Shown: positions 1-10,031, counted from the whole stretch's first letter. The stretch is 60,808 bases of DNA, filler included, from 6 parts of 6 records of this genome joined end to end with filler, not necessarily neighbours in it, one strand, 5' to 3'. Numbers and translations are program-made. The notes: generated from the sequence alone by a model not told the origin.

Positions 1-106
1 AGCCGGTTCCTCCGCAGATCAACAAATAGGTCTTGTCTTGATACGTTAACCGATCTTTTTTTGCGTCTCTAATACGTTCCAGGTCCTGAGTCGTCAGTTT
101 AGCCAT
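1..106 (-). CDS. NuoF/HydB-like NADH-binding subunit of a HydABC-type oxidoreductase, 5' end only (runs off the window)
   Basis: Not in the ORF track. Manual translation from ATG at 106: MAKLTTQDLERIRDAKKDRLTYQDKTYLLICGGTG; LLICGGTG(C) opens the thioredoxin-like [2Fe-2S] domain of long NuoF/HydB proteins. GAGAGG RBS upstream; follows a nuoE-like gene. Confidence 0.7.
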   Translation of the reverse strand, partial: MAKLTTQDLERIRDAKKDRLTYQDKTYLLICGGTG

Positions 107-127
107 TGGCCCTCTCTATCGATAGTA

Positions 128-481
128 TTACCAAGAACCGTCCAACCCCCTGATACCGTTCATATAAAGCCGTCCGCAAGCCACAAATAAAGAGTATTCA
201 GTGACCATTAACGGAATGTCAAAAGACTTTGCCATGTCTATAAACTCTTTTTTGGGTTTTTTCCCCCTTACAATCACGATGGCGCTGACACCGACGATTT
301 TTGCCGTACGGATAACATGATCAGTTGTAACCCCAGTGAGCAACGCACACTCTTTGGCCACTGCGGAAAGCACATCATCCATAAGGTCCGCCGCGCCTCC
401 GGCATCAATCACTTTGTCCATTTGATCTTCACCGCAGAGCATCTCAGCGTTGAGGATTTCTTTCATTTCGGAAATTTTCAT
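128..481 (-). CDS. DRTGG-domain protein
   Basis: ADLMDDVL, LLTG, IRTA, AIVIVRGK and IPLMVT...FVACGRLY match stand-alone DRTGG proteins of hydrogenase-type operons. Confidence 0.8.
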   Translation of the reverse strand: MKISEMKEILNAEMLCGEDQMDKVIDAGGAADLMDDVLSAVAKECALLTGVTTDHVIRTAKIVGVSAIVIVRGKKPKKEFIDMAKSFDIPLMVTEYSLFVACGRLYMNGIRGLDGSW

Positions 482-523
482 AAGCAGTTTGTAATAAGGA
501 AGATATTTCCAATTATCATTGCG

Positions 524-1018
524 TTAGGTATATTGTTCAAGCAACTTGATCACTTTTTCGGAACTGACATCACCATGGGTATCCTGACCCACGACCATCA
601 CCGGCGCTAAACCGCAGGCTCCGAGGCAGCGAACCCCCTCAAGGGAAAATCTTCGATCTTCCGAAGTTCCTCCTTCTTTGATTTGAAATTCGTTTTCGAT
701 GCGATTCATGGTCTCCTTGATCCCTTTCACGTAACAGGCGGTTCCCAGGCAAACTCTGATGGTATGCCGTCCTTTGGGTACCATTGAAAAAAGAGAATAA
801 AAGGATGCGACACCATAAACACTGCTGGGAGGCAGATTCAGCCCGAAACTGATATAATCCAACAACGCCACGGGCAGATACCCGGCAATGTCCTGGCACT
901 GCCGAAGTGCGGCGATGACAGAACCAGAAACGGGACGGTTTTTCTTAATAACCGCGTCGATCTGTGTCCACATTTCATCGGTGATATCCGGGTGGTTGGG
1001 GTGGTGAGTTGTCGTCAT
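524..1018 (-). CDS. nuoE: NuoE/HydC-like [2Fe-2S] subunit
   Basis: GVASFYSLF, VCLGTACYVKG and RCLGACGLAPVM supply the four Cys ligands of the 24-kDa subunit family. Confidence 0.9.
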   Translation of the reverse strand: MTTTHHPNHPDITDEMWTQIDAVIKKNRPVSGSVIAALRQCQDIAGYLPVALLDYISFGLNLPPSSVYGVASFYSLFSMVPKGRHTIRVCLGTACYVKGIKETMNRIENEFQIKEGGTSEDRRFSLEGVRCLGACGLAPVMVVGQDTHGDVSSEKVIKLLEQYT

Positions 1019-1192
1019 ATCGGCAGTTCTCCTCTATCCGTCAACGGGTCTTGTGTGGAAAGTCCTGATATTTGCCGAGTCGAGCATCTTCACAAAGGAA
1101 ATCGCAGGCTACACTGAATCGCCCTGGGAACATTTCATAAATGCGTAAGAATGTCAACGGAATCATGGCTTTCTTATCGTCCCCGACAGTGC

Positions 1193-1222
1193 TTGACGCC
1201 CCATGGAAAGCTGGTCTATAAA
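1193..1222 (+). promoter_or_regulatory. Putative sigma70 promoter for the purine salvage cluster
   Basis: TTGACG (1193-1198), 18-nt spacer, TATAAA (1217-1222), about 85 nt upstream of the PNP start. Confidence 0.45.
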
Positions 1223-1305
1223 TCGCCCAGAGACGAGTCTCCCACCGTGGCGGCAATTCGATAATCATACAACGACAAAACACCTTTCTTACCGGAGTAA
1301 AAACA

Positions 1306-2145
1306 GTGAACCGTTTGAATACAAAAATTCGTGAAACCGTAACCTTCATTAAAAAGAGACTGGACCATTTGCCGACAATAGGAGTGATCACGGGAACAGG
1401 GCTCGGTGAAGCCGTCAGCGCCATGGATGCTCTCAAGGCAATGGATTATTCGCAGATTCCGAATTTTCCCGTCTCGACTGTAGTTGGTCATTCGGGCCAG
1501 CTTATCGCAGGTGTTCGAAAAGGCCGTGGAGTTCTTTACCTGCAGGGACGTTTTCACCTCTATGAGGGCTATTCTTCCATTGATGTCACCTTTCCCATTC
1601 GTGTAATGAAGGAGCTGGGTATTACGACCCTCATCCTTTCCAACGCTTCGGGAGGAATGAAACCATCTTTCAACCCAGGGGACGTAATGGTCATTTCCGA
1701 CCATATCAACCTGACCGGAGAGAACCCGCTGATCGGTCCCAACAACGACGATTGGGGGCCACGCTTTCCGGATATGACAAGCGCTTACAACCCGTCCTTG
1801 AAACGACTGGTTCGTAAAATAGCCAAAGGGATAGATTTACCCATCGTAGATGGGGTCTATGCCGGTCTGAAGGGACCTTCTTTGGAAACGCCGGCCGAGG
1901 TTCGCTTTCTAAAAACCATCGGTGCTGATGCCGTGGGGTTCTCTACAGTAATGGAAGCCATCGCCGCCGTGCATGGTGGGATGCGAGTTCTGGGTCTTTC
2001 CACCATCACCAATACCATCGATCCGGATCATCCTGTACCCGCAACGCTGGAAGAGATCGTCGACACCGCGAACCGGACCGTGCCCAAACTCAGGCTACTC
2101 ATCGAACAAGTCATTGATCACCTCGACGAAAGCGACCTGAAATGA
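1306..2145 (+). CDS. punA: Purine nucleoside phosphorylase (trimeric family)
   Basis: GVITGTGLG, STVVGHSG, QGRFHLYEGY, SNASGG, DHIN, GPRFPDM, GPSLETPAE, GADAVGFSTVME, STITN; GTG start after GGAG. Confidence 0.95.
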   Translation: MNRLNTKIRETVTFIKKRLDHLPTIGVITGTGLGEAVSAMDALKAMDYSQIPNFPVSTVVGHSGQLIAGVRKGRGVLYLQGRFHLYEGYSSIDVTFPIRVMKELGITTLILSNASGGMKPSFNPGDVMVISDHINLTGENPLIGPNNDDWGPRFPDMTSAYNPSLKRLVRKIAKGIDLPIVDGVYAGLKGPSLETPAEVRFLKTIGADAVGFSTVMEAIAAVHGGMRVLGLSTITNTIDPDHPVPATLEEIVDTANRTVPKLRLLIEQVIDHLDESDLK

Positions 2146-3470
2146 TGGATAAAGCAGATCTTTTGATCACCAATGGCATCGTGATGACCATGGACCCTGA
2201 AAACACCATCGTTGAAAACGGTGCGGTGGCGGTCACTGGAGATACGATTACATCCGTTGGAACCATGGAGGAACTGGCCTCCCTATCGGCCGGAGAAACC
2301 ATTGATGCAAAAGGCGGCATCATCATGCCCGGTCTCATCAACACACACACCCACGCTGCCATGACCCTTTTCAGAGGACTGGCGGACGACCTGCCACTGA
2401 TGAGCTGGCTCAACGACCATATTTTCCCCGCTGAGGCACAACTGGATGAGAAGAGGGTCCTTAGCGGCAGCCTGCTGGGTTGCGTAGAGATGATTCTGTC
2501 CGGGACCACCTGTTTTTGCGACATGTACCTTTTTGAAGAATCCGTAGCCCAGGCCGCCAAGACCGCGGGAATAAGGGCGGTTGTGGGGGAAGTGCTGTAT
2601 GACTTCCCCTCCCCCAACTACGGAGCCATCGACAAAGGATTCGATTACACGAAACAACTGATCGACACCTGGAAAGACGATCCATTGGTGTCCATCGCCG
2701 TCGAGCCCCATTCTCCCTACCTCTGTTCACCGGACCTTCTGACCAAAGCTGGGAAAATCGCAATGGATCATGGCCTGCCTCTTGTGATCCACCTGTCCGA
2801 AACCAGAAACGAAGTGGAGGAAATTCAAAAGAAGTACGGCGTCACTCCGGTGGGGCATCTGTCGAATCTTGGACTGCTGACCCCCAACCTGCTGGCCTGC
2901 CATTGCGTTGTTTTGAGCGAAGTGGATATGGATCTTTTAAAAAAATATGAGGTCAAAATCTCTCATAATCCGGAGAGCAATATGAAGCTGGCCGCCGGGA
3001 TCTCTCCGGTCGCGGATCTGATAAACCGAAACGTGTGCACCGGTCTGGGAACCGACGGTTGCTCCAGCAACAACAACCTTGATCTTTTTTCCGAGATGGA
3101 CACCGCGGCCAAACTGCACAAAGCCAGCTGTCTGGATCCAACGGTCATGAGCGCCGAAACGGTCCTGCGCATGGCCACCATCGACGGGGCCAAGGCTCTT
3201 GGCATGGATGCCGTTACGGGCAGCATCGAATGCACGAAAAAGGCCGATATCATCATTATCGACACCAACAAACCCCACCTGACCCCCATGTACCATCCCG
3301 CATCGCACCTTGTGTATGCCGTCAACGGCGGTGATGTGAATACCACCGTTGTAAATGGAAAGGTGCTGATGAAAAACCGCAAACTCCTGCACATGGACTT
3401 GGAAAAAGTTCTTGCAGATGCCCGCCGGACTGCGGACACCATTCAGGGCCTGACATCCCTGAAAAATTAA
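2142..3470 (+). CDS. mtaD: Amidohydrolase, MTA/SAH/5'-deoxyadenosine deaminase family
   Basis: PGLINTHTH, MTLFRGLADDLPLM.WL..HIFPAE, PHSPY, IHLSET, HNPESNMKL, GTDG..SNNNLD; start overlaps the PNP stop. Confidence 0.85.
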   Translation: MMDKADLLITNGIVMTMDPENTIVENGAVAVTGDTITSVGTMEELASLSAGETIDAKGGIIMPGLINTHTHAAMTLFRGLADDLPLMSWLNDHIFPAEAQLDEKRVLSGSLLGCVEMILSGTTCFCDMYLFEESVAQAAKTAGIRAVVGEVLYDFPSPNYGAIDKGFDYTKQLIDTWKDDPLVSIAVEPHSPYLCSPDLLTKAGKIAMDHGLPLVIHLSETRNEVEEIQKKYGVTPVGHLSNLGLLTPNLLACHCVVLSEVDMDLLKKYEVKISHNPESNMKLAAGISPVADLINRNVCTGLGTDGCSSNNNLDLFSEMDTAAKLHKASCLDPTVMSAETVLRMATIDGAKALGMDAVTGSIECTKKADIIIIDTNKPHLTPMYHPASHLVYAVNGGDVNTTVVNGKVLMKNRKLLHMDLEKVLADARRTADTIQGLTSLKN

Positions 3471-3559
3471 GGGGTGCTGTACGCGTAAAAGGAGTGCATG
3501 AAGGTCGCCGGTTTCGCAAATGCAAGAAATCCAAAACAGGATTGGACAAGGCCAATGCC

Positions 3560-4882
3560 ATGAATGTTGAAACTGTGGTCCACAACTGCACCCTCGTCAC
3601 CGTGAATGATCGTTTTGACATCATTGAGAAAGGGTGGATCGGGCTTAGCAACGGACGGATTCAAGCTGTTGAAAAAGAGGTGCCTGATCCGTCAACGATT
3701 ACCGCACAAGTCTGGATAGACGCTAAAGGCGGAATTGCCATACCGGGCTTGGTGAACGCCCATACCCATTTACCCATGACACTTTTCAGGGGGCTGGCGG
3801 ACGATCTTCCGCTGATGACCTGGTTGGACGAGCATATATTTCCTGCCGAATCTCAGTTCGTTCAACCGGATACCGTTTTTTGGGGAACACGGCTGGCCTG
3901 TGCGGAAATGTTGTTGTCCGGCACCACGTGCTGCTGCTGTGGATATTTCATGGAAAACACTGTTGCCCATGCCGTGTCGGAAACCGGAATCCGCGCCGTG
4001 CTCGCCCAGGGCGTGATCGATTTTCCGGCGCCCGGGGTCCCGGACCCAAAGCAAAACATCGCCCACGCGGAGGCGTACACAGACAAATGGCTGAATAAAA
4101 ATCCATTGATCAATGCTTCCATCTTCTGCCATGCCCCCTACTCCTGTAGCGACGACACACTGAAATCCGCCAAAGAAGCCGCAAACAAGAGAGGGTTGCT
4201 CTTCCAAATCCACGTTGCCGAAACCCGATACGAAAGGCAGAAATCTTTCCAGGAAAAAGGTGCAGGTCCCGTAGCCCATCTGGATCGACTGGGAATCCTC
4301 GATGCCAACACAGTTATGGCGCACTGTATCTGGGTGGACGAAAACGAAATGGAGATCATAGCTGACAGGAAAAGCAGCGTGGTACACTGCCCGGAAAGCA
4401 ATATGAAATTAGGCTCCGGCATCGCTCCGGTTCCCGCCATGCGCGACAGGGGAATCGTTGTAGGGCTGGGCACCGACGGTTGCGCCAGCAACAACGATCT
4501 CGACATTTTCGGAGAAATGGGCACGTCCGCAAAGCTCCAAAAGGTGTTCAACACCGATCCGACAACCTTACCCGCTGCCGAAGTGCTGAAAATGGCAACC
4601 ATCGACGGGGCTCGCGCCATTGGCCTGGGGGATCACATCGGCTCGTTAGAGGTTGGCAAACAGGCAGACGTCCTTATTATAGACACAAAAGCACCCCACA
4701 TGACGCCTTTGTACCACCCGGAGTCGCATATTGTATATACGGCCAATGGTAGCGATATTCGCCATGTGTTCGTCGCAGGAAAGCAGGTTGTACAGAATCG
4801 AAAAATCCTTACATTCGATATGGGTGAAGCAATGGAGCGGGTGAATGAAATTGCTGTACAAATAAAAAAATTTACGTGTTAA
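3560..4882 (+). CDS. Second MtaD-family amidohydrolase (paralog)
   Basis: PGLVNAHTH, MTLFRGLADDLPLM, CHAPY, IHVAET, HCPESNMKL, GTDGCASNNDLD. ATG 3560 chosen over GTG 3494 because it aligns with the N-terminus of the first paralog. Confidence 0.85.
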   Translation: MNVETVVHNCTLVTVNDRFDIIEKGWIGLSNGRIQAVEKEVPDPSTITAQVWIDAKGGIAIPGLVNAHTHLPMTLFRGLADDLPLMTWLDEHIFPAESQFVQPDTVFWGTRLACAEMLLSGTTCCCCGYFMENTVAHAVSETGIRAVLAQGVIDFPAPGVPDPKQNIAHAEAYTDKWLNKNPLINASIFCHAPYSCSDDTLKSAKEAANKRGLLFQIHVAETRYERQKSFQEKGAGPVAHLDRLGILDANTVMAHCIWVDENEMEIIADRKSSVVHCPESNMKLGSGIAPVPAMRDRGIVVGLGTDGCASNNDLDIFGEMGTSAKLQKVFNTDPTTLPAAEVLKMATIDGARAIGLGDHIGSLEVGKQADVLIIDTKAPHMTPLYHPESHIVYTANGSDIRHVFVAGKQVVQNRKILTFDMGEAMERVNEIAVQIKKFTC

Positions 4883-4899
4883 GGGGAGACAACAAAAAA

Positions 4900-6609
4900 A
4901 TGAACATCCGATCGATTCTATCGGCCTCACGGGGTGACACCCCTGCAGATCTTCTTCTCACCAACGCAAAGATCGTCAACGTCTTTTCCGGTCGTATTGT
5001 AAATAACAATATCGCCGTTAAAGAGGGTATGATCATCGGATTCGGAGATTACGAAACCGTCGAAACCGTCGATATGAATGGCCGCTACGTGGCCCCGGGG
5101 TTCATCGACTCCCATGTTCACATCGAAAGCTCCATGGTTTGCATCACCGAATTTGCGCGAACCGTTGCGGCGGTGGGAACCACAACCGTCGTCGCCGATC
5201 CCCACGAGATCGCCAATGTGCTGGGAGGGGCGGGAATCGATTACATGCTCCGGTCAGCAGACAACCAGCCCATGGACTGCCTGTTCGCCTTGCCCTCCTG
5301 TGTTCCGGCAACCCATATGGAGACCGCCGGAGCCGAACTTGATGCCGACCATCTCGCAACTTTTTTCCCCCACCCGCGTGTGATGGCCCTTGCCGAGATG
5401 ATGAACTACCCGGGTGTCATCTTTGCCGATGAAGGCGTGGTGGACAAGGTCGAGATGGCGCAGCGCCTCCGATATCCCATGGATGGACATGCGCCGGGGG
5501 TATCCGGCAAGCAATTGTTCACCTATGCAGCAGCCGGTATCGCTTCGGATCACGAATGTACAAAACCGGAGGAAGCACTGGAAAAACTCGAACTTGGCAT
5601 GCGAATCATGGTCCGCGAGGGAACCTGCGCCCGCAACCTTGACGCGCTGTTTCCGGTCATCAACCAAAATACCTGGCCTCGAATGATGTGGAGCACCGAC
5701 GATCGCCATCCCCACGATCTCCTCCATGAAGGTCACGTGGACGCAATCATCAGAAAAGCTGTCACCAAGGGACTCGACCCCATCACTGCCATTCGGATGG
5801 GCACGCTTACGCCGGCCGACTACTTTTGTATCAAAGACGCAGGTGCGGTGGCACCGGGAAGAAAAGCGAACCTTGTTGTTTTTTCCGATCTATCGGACAT
5901 CCGCCCAGAAAAGGTTTTTTTCATGGGAAGACTTGTTGCGGAAGGGGGGCAAATGCTGTCTGAAATTGAACGCCCGACACCCGTCACCGTGCCTCCCACC
6001 ATGAACCTGGACCCACGACAACTGGATTTTACCATTGAGGCCTCAGGGCCCCAAGTGCGTGTCATCCGCGTTATCCCCGATCAGGTGGTAACCCGATGCG
6101 AAATCATTGATATCACCGCCCATGACGGAAAAGTATTATCCGACACAGACAAAGACATTTTAAAAATTGCCGTGGTGGAACGCTATACGGGGCAGGGTCA
6201 TACCGGCCTCGGATTGGTTTCCGGCCTCGGATTGAAAAAAGGTGCCATCGCTTCCAGCGTGGCACACGACTCGCACAATATTATTGTTGCCGGTGTTTCC
6301 GATGCAGAGATGAAAGCGGCGGTGAAAACCGTAGTCCGCATGGGCGGTGGATTTGCTGCTGTGGACGAGGGCCGGGAACTGGCCACACTGCCCCTGCCCG
6401 TGGCCGGCCTCATGTCCGACCAACCCATGGAAACGGTTCAAAACCAGATGGCGCGAATGCTCGAAGCAGCGAAGGCGCTCGGCGTCACCTTATCCGATCC
6501 CTTTATGTCCCTTGGTTTTCTGGCGCTTCCGGTTATCCCGGATCTGAAGCTGACGGATAAAGGATTGGTGGACGTGCCCCGGTTTGAAGTTGTACCCTTG
6601 TTTTTATAA
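4900..6609 (+). CDS. ade: Adenine deaminase
   Basis: PGFIDSHVHIESS, DPHEIANV, PSCVPAT, LAEMMNYPGV, DGHAPG, SDHEC, TDDRHP, SSVAHDSHN, ALPVIPDLKLTDKGL; AAGGGGAG RBS before ATG 4900. Confidence 0.95.
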   Translation: MNIRSILSASRGDTPADLLLTNAKIVNVFSGRIVNNNIAVKEGMIIGFGDYETVETVDMNGRYVAPGFIDSHVHIESSMVCITEFARTVAAVGTTTVVADPHEIANVLGGAGIDYMLRSADNQPMDCLFALPSCVPATHMETAGAELDADHLATFFPHPRVMALAEMMNYPGVIFADEGVVDKVEMAQRLRYPMDGHAPGVSGKQLFTYAAAGIASDHECTKPEEALEKLELGMRIMVREGTCARNLDALFPVINQNTWPRMMWSTDDRHPHDLLHEGHVDAIIRKAVTKGLDPITAIRMGTLTPADYFCIKDAGAVAPGRKANLVVFSDLSDIRPEKVFFMGRLVAEGGQMLSEIERPTPVTVPPTMNLDPRQLDFTIEASGPQVRVIRVIPDQVVTRCEIIDITAHDGKVLSDTDKDILKIAVVERYTGQGHTGLGLVSGLGLKKGAIASSVAHDSHNIIVAGVSDAEMKAAVKTVVRMGGGFAAVDEGRELATLPLPVAGLMSDQPMETVQNQMARMLEAAKALGVTLSDPFMSLGFLALPVIPDLKLTDKGLVDVPRFEVVPLFL

Positions 6610-6684
6610 CCCAGCGCCCTGCTTCAAATCCTCCTGCTTTCATCTGTCCATGTTGACAGGAACTGTTGCCGGTACTACCATTGC

Positions 6685-6700
6685 CGGCACGATAGTCGCA
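6685..6700 (+). promoter_or_regulatory. Possible sigma54 (-24/-12) promoter
   Basis: CGGCACGATAGTCGCA = GG-N10-GC, two mismatches to TGGCACG-N4-TTGCW, upstream of an operon encoding a sigma54 activator. Confidence 0.3.
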
Positions 6701-6837
6701 ATGAATGCCATGGTCAACCCCAACGGGTTTAAAAATTTTGAGATAAAACGCTTATCCTATCTCAAAAAATTGGCATGTTATACATTTTGAGAAAATTTGA
6801 AACGCCCAGTTTGGGTCAAAGTGACAAGAGATCGTCG

Positions 6838-8445
6838 ATGACAATACGCACCTGTGTCTCACCGGAAGGAAAATTCATTTACGGCATTCACCGCCCCAAT
6901 TTTACCGCTGACAATTTCCGAGAGAGGGATTATCCGGCGATCCTTGGACCTTTTCCCGATGGAGGTCTGCACCGGAACACGGCCAACTTTCCGGTGGGTC
7001 CTGTACACGAACCTTCTGCGGATCCGATTTTCGAAATCCCCAACGCGTTTCCCTTCCGCGGCACCACCTACATTGGAAAAAATTGGGCGGATGCAAAAGC
7101 AGGCAAACCTGAAAAAATTTCACTGCCAGCCCCCGAACCGCTTTCCTTTAGCGGTGATATCACCGATGACGAAAAGGCAGCCAAAGCCGTTTATGCCCTT
7201 CCCCGCCCATTGAAACTGTCGCTGGCCATTTCATCCACCGATTCGCGGGAGTTGCGTTTTTTGGCACATTCGGCCTGCACGTTCCAATTGGATGAGAAAA
7301 AAGAGCATCCCCTGGGACTGGTCTATACAAAAAGGCCGAATGGCAAAATAAAAGCGGTTGTTTCGGACAAAGCCCTTTTCGAAGCAATCTCCAACAACCC
7401 TTACCTCCCCGATGCCTACAAACAGGCCATGGTTCTTCGCCCAGGTGCGCAGGGGCAAAGCGAAATCGTTGGAGAATACAACATAGGAGAGACGCATGTA
7501 TTCGAATACCTGCGGCGCAACTCCTATATTCCCTGGGGCCATTACGCATCCAACATGGCAAACGATTCCATTCGCTATGATGTAAACGGGTTGAGCCTTT
7601 CGGACATGACGGGAATGCGGCACCTCTACTACCAGCGAACCTATTCCCGACTGGCAAACCTGTTGGACCTTTCAGACGATCCAGGCAACGCCCTGTCAAC
7701 GGAAAGAGCCCTGGAATTGGTCCGACGTGGCATCTTGAAGGCGATTCAAAACGGGAAGTCCATCGATTTTACCCGCACCCTTTGGGGGTGGAACTACGGT
7801 TTCGACTATGCACCCAGCGGATATCGTCTACACGCATCGCACCAACAAATCCACCAGCAATTCGCGCTGATCCCTCAACACGTTTCGACCGCTTTCGAAA
7901 ATAAATCGATGCCGTCCTATGCCTGTGGCGATCTTGTCTCCGATTTCGTTCGCTCGTTCAGAAAAAAAACCGGGAAAGTTTTTTTCGACTGTTATCAGCA
8001 GGCCATCGAGAAAAACCGGCGAATGGACAAAGATCCAATGTTAGACAGCAGCCTGGTGGTTTTTGAAAACGAACGCGCCATGGTGTTCGTACCCAAAGCA
8101 CAGACATCCCAGTGGGAATTGCAGCTGATGCCAAAAAGTTCCGTGGGAAATATTGTCGAAGCCGACACGGCCACGCGCCAATCCCTGGATCTCGCCATTT
8201 TCGCAGCCGTTCGATCACTGAGAGCCATGGGTGCAAAAATGATTACCACGATCGAATATTCTAAGCCGATCACGGATACGACCCGCGACCAGCGGTTGTT
8301 GCTCTCTTTTTTACCGAAACTTCCGGAGTCTCCAGGAGCATTCAGTGAAGCTCAACTCAGATGGATCAATGGCCATTATCCGGAAGATTTCGCTTTGGCC
8401 TGTAGAAACCATTTACCTGATTTGGAAGAACACAACCGTACATGA
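6838..8445 (+). CDS. Divergent GalT-like (HIT superfamily) putative nucleotidyltransferase with a long unassigned N-terminal region
   Basis: WGWNYG...LHASHQQIHQQFALIP resembles GalT-family FKNHG...GASLxHPHSQIIALP. C-terminal LVVFENERAMVFVPKA...WELQLMPK...FLPKL...INGHYPEDFA resembles the second GalT HIT domain. Start uncertain (6775 or 6838). Confidence 0.6.
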   Translation: MTIRTCVSPEGKFIYGIHRPNFTADNFRERDYPAILGPFPDGGLHRNTANFPVGPVHEPSADPIFEIPNAFPFRGTTYIGKNWADAKAGKPEKISLPAPEPLSFSGDITDDEKAAKAVYALPRPLKLSLAISSTDSRELRFLAHSACTFQLDEKKEHPLGLVYTKRPNGKIKAVVSDKALFEAISNNPYLPDAYKQAMVLRPGAQGQSEIVGEYNIGETHVFEYLRRNSYIPWGHYASNMANDSIRYDVNGLSLSDMTGMRHLYYQRTYSRLANLLDLSDDPGNALSTERALELVRRGILKAIQNGKSIDFTRTLWGWNYGFDYAPSGYRLHASHQQIHQQFALIPQHVSTAFENKSMPSYACGDLVSDFVRSFRKKTGKVFFDCYQQAIEKNRRMDKDPMLDSSLVVFENERAMVFVPKAQTSQWELQLMPKSSVGNIVEADTATRQSLDLAIFAAVRSLRAMGAKMITTIEYSKPITDTTRDQRLLLSFLPKLPESPGAFSEAQLRWINGHYPEDFALACRNHLPDLEEHNRT

Positions 8446-9932
8446 AAATAACATTCGGCATTACAGGGAAATTGCTGGTTTGGTTCTTATCGATCATTAC
8501 CATTTTTCTCGGTACGATTCTAATCCTGTATATACATGTGGAACAAATCGTCAAACTTTCTGAATCCAGTGTAAATAAAAATTATGCGATCTCCTCCGGA
8601 ACGAAAAAGATAATGGAGGCGCTGCTCAGCATGGAGGAAAACAAACAAAAATACCTATTGCTTAAAAAGGCGGATTACCTGACCTTTTATAATGAAGCAC
8701 AACGCGAATTCGAAGATAATCTCTACCAGGTGACCGGATTGGCCGGTATGGGGTATGAAATTTCCAACGTGTGGCAAGAGGTCCTCGTCAAGTATCAAAC
8801 CAAACCCGGCGCTGTTGAAGTTGCAGCTTTTTTGGCAGCGATAAAAAAAGATCCGAAAACCATTGACTCCTTTTGGATACCCGAACTGGTCATTAACGAC
8901 TGGATCGATAAACTTTCATCAGAACGATTGAAAAATGAGTTTGAAATCGAGCATGCAACCCGTGAAATCAACAAAAAAGGTCGCCAGACAGCAAAATATG
9001 GCCTCATCGGCCTGGCCATTTCCGGCCTTGTCGGCCTGACGGGGGTCATTTATCTTGCGACCTCAATGATTCGGCCCTTACAGGAATTGATGGGCGGCAT
9101 TCGATATATATCTTCCAACCGACAAGCCCCTCCCCTGAAAGTCCGCAGTCAGGACGAGTTTGGAGAATTGGCCCAGGCATTTAACGAAATGTCCCGCCGC
9201 CTCTTAAAGGAAGAGCGGATGCGATCGGATTTTATATCGATGCTCAGCCATGAAATTCGCACACCGTTGACATCCATCCGGGAATCGGTGAATATGATTC
9301 GTGAAGAGTTGATGGGACCGGTGAACAGTCGCCAAGAAAAATTTCTTGGAATTGCGGGCTCGGAAATCAGCAGGATTTCCGAACTGTTAAGCCATCTGAT
9401 GCAAGCATCTCGCCTGGAACCGGGCCTTCTCGAAATCAAACCGGAACCCATCGATATAAAACCGTTTATTTCGGAATGTACAGAAATAATAAAATTGGCT
9501 GCCGAAGCAAAAGGGATTTCACTGCATATGGAGATAGCGCCCCGGTTGCCCCCAGTCGCAGGTGACCGAAAACAGCTTCAGCAGGCGATGCTGAACTACC
9601 TTTCCAATGCCGTTAAGTTTTCTAAACAGGATTCCACCATCATCTCCGGCGCCGCCCACATCAAATCGAAAAAACAGGTTTCTTTTTTCGTCAAGGATTG
9701 CGGACACGGCATCCTGGAGGAGGATCAAGCCTTTTTATTCAATAAATATTATAGGGGAAAAAGAGAGAGGGAAAGGCTGGAAGGTGTCGGATTGGGCTTG
9801 AGCATTGTAAAAAACATCATTGAAGCGCACAACGGTACTGTATGGGTGGAAAGTCGTATGGAAGAAGGAAGTACGTTTGGTTTCACTCTTCCCGCAGCAG
9901 GTCCGGCGAAAGGAAGATTGGAAATCTCTTGA
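8442..9932 (+). CDS. HAMP-domain sensor histidine kinase (QseE/GlrK-like)
   Basis: Two TM segments, HAMP (QDEFGELAQAFNEM), H-box SHEIRTPL, N-box NYLSNAVKF, DCGHGI, GVGLGL; ATGA overlap with the upstream gene. Confidence 0.92.
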   Translation: MKITFGITGKLLVWFLSIITIFLGTILILYIHVEQIVKLSESSVNKNYAISSGTKKIMEALLSMEENKQKYLLLKKADYLTFYNEAQREFEDNLYQVTGLAGMGYEISNVWQEVLVKYQTKPGAVEVAAFLAAIKKDPKTIDSFWIPELVINDWIDKLSSERLKNEFEIEHATREINKKGRQTAKYGLIGLAISGLVGLTGVIYLATSMIRPLQELMGGIRYISSNRQAPPLKVRSQDEFGELAQAFNEMSRRLLKEERMRSDFISMLSHEIRTPLTSIRESVNMIREELMGPVNSRQEKFLGIAGSEISRISELLSHLMQASRLEPGLLEIKPEPIDIKPFISECTEIIKLAAEAKGISLHMEIAPRLPPVAGDRKQLQQAMLNYLSNAVKFSKQDSTIISGAAHIKSKKQVSFFVKDCGHGILEEDQAFLFNKYYRGKRERERLEGVGLGLSIVKNIIEAHNGTVWVESRMEEGSTFGFTLPAAGPAKGRLEIS

Positions 9933-10031
9933 ATTGTCTGATATGGGTAGATGAAAACGTCCATAGCACGTCCAACTGAACTTGAACGGAAACGGTACCC
10001 AATGGCCACCGCGCTGAATCGACCAATAGCT

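Noticed and set aside
524-1018. Respiratory complex I operon
   Set aside because: nuoE-like gene is first in its unit and followed by DRTGG; this fits a soluble HydABC-type enzyme.
1050-1100. Rex operator upstream of the nuoE-like gene
   Set aside because: Only one half-site (TTCACAA) is present, not a full palindrome.
2111-6547. Many overlapping antisense and alternate-frame ORFs of 60-205 aa in contig 1
   Set aside because: Shadows of well-supported genes in higher-GC DNA; no motifs or RBS.
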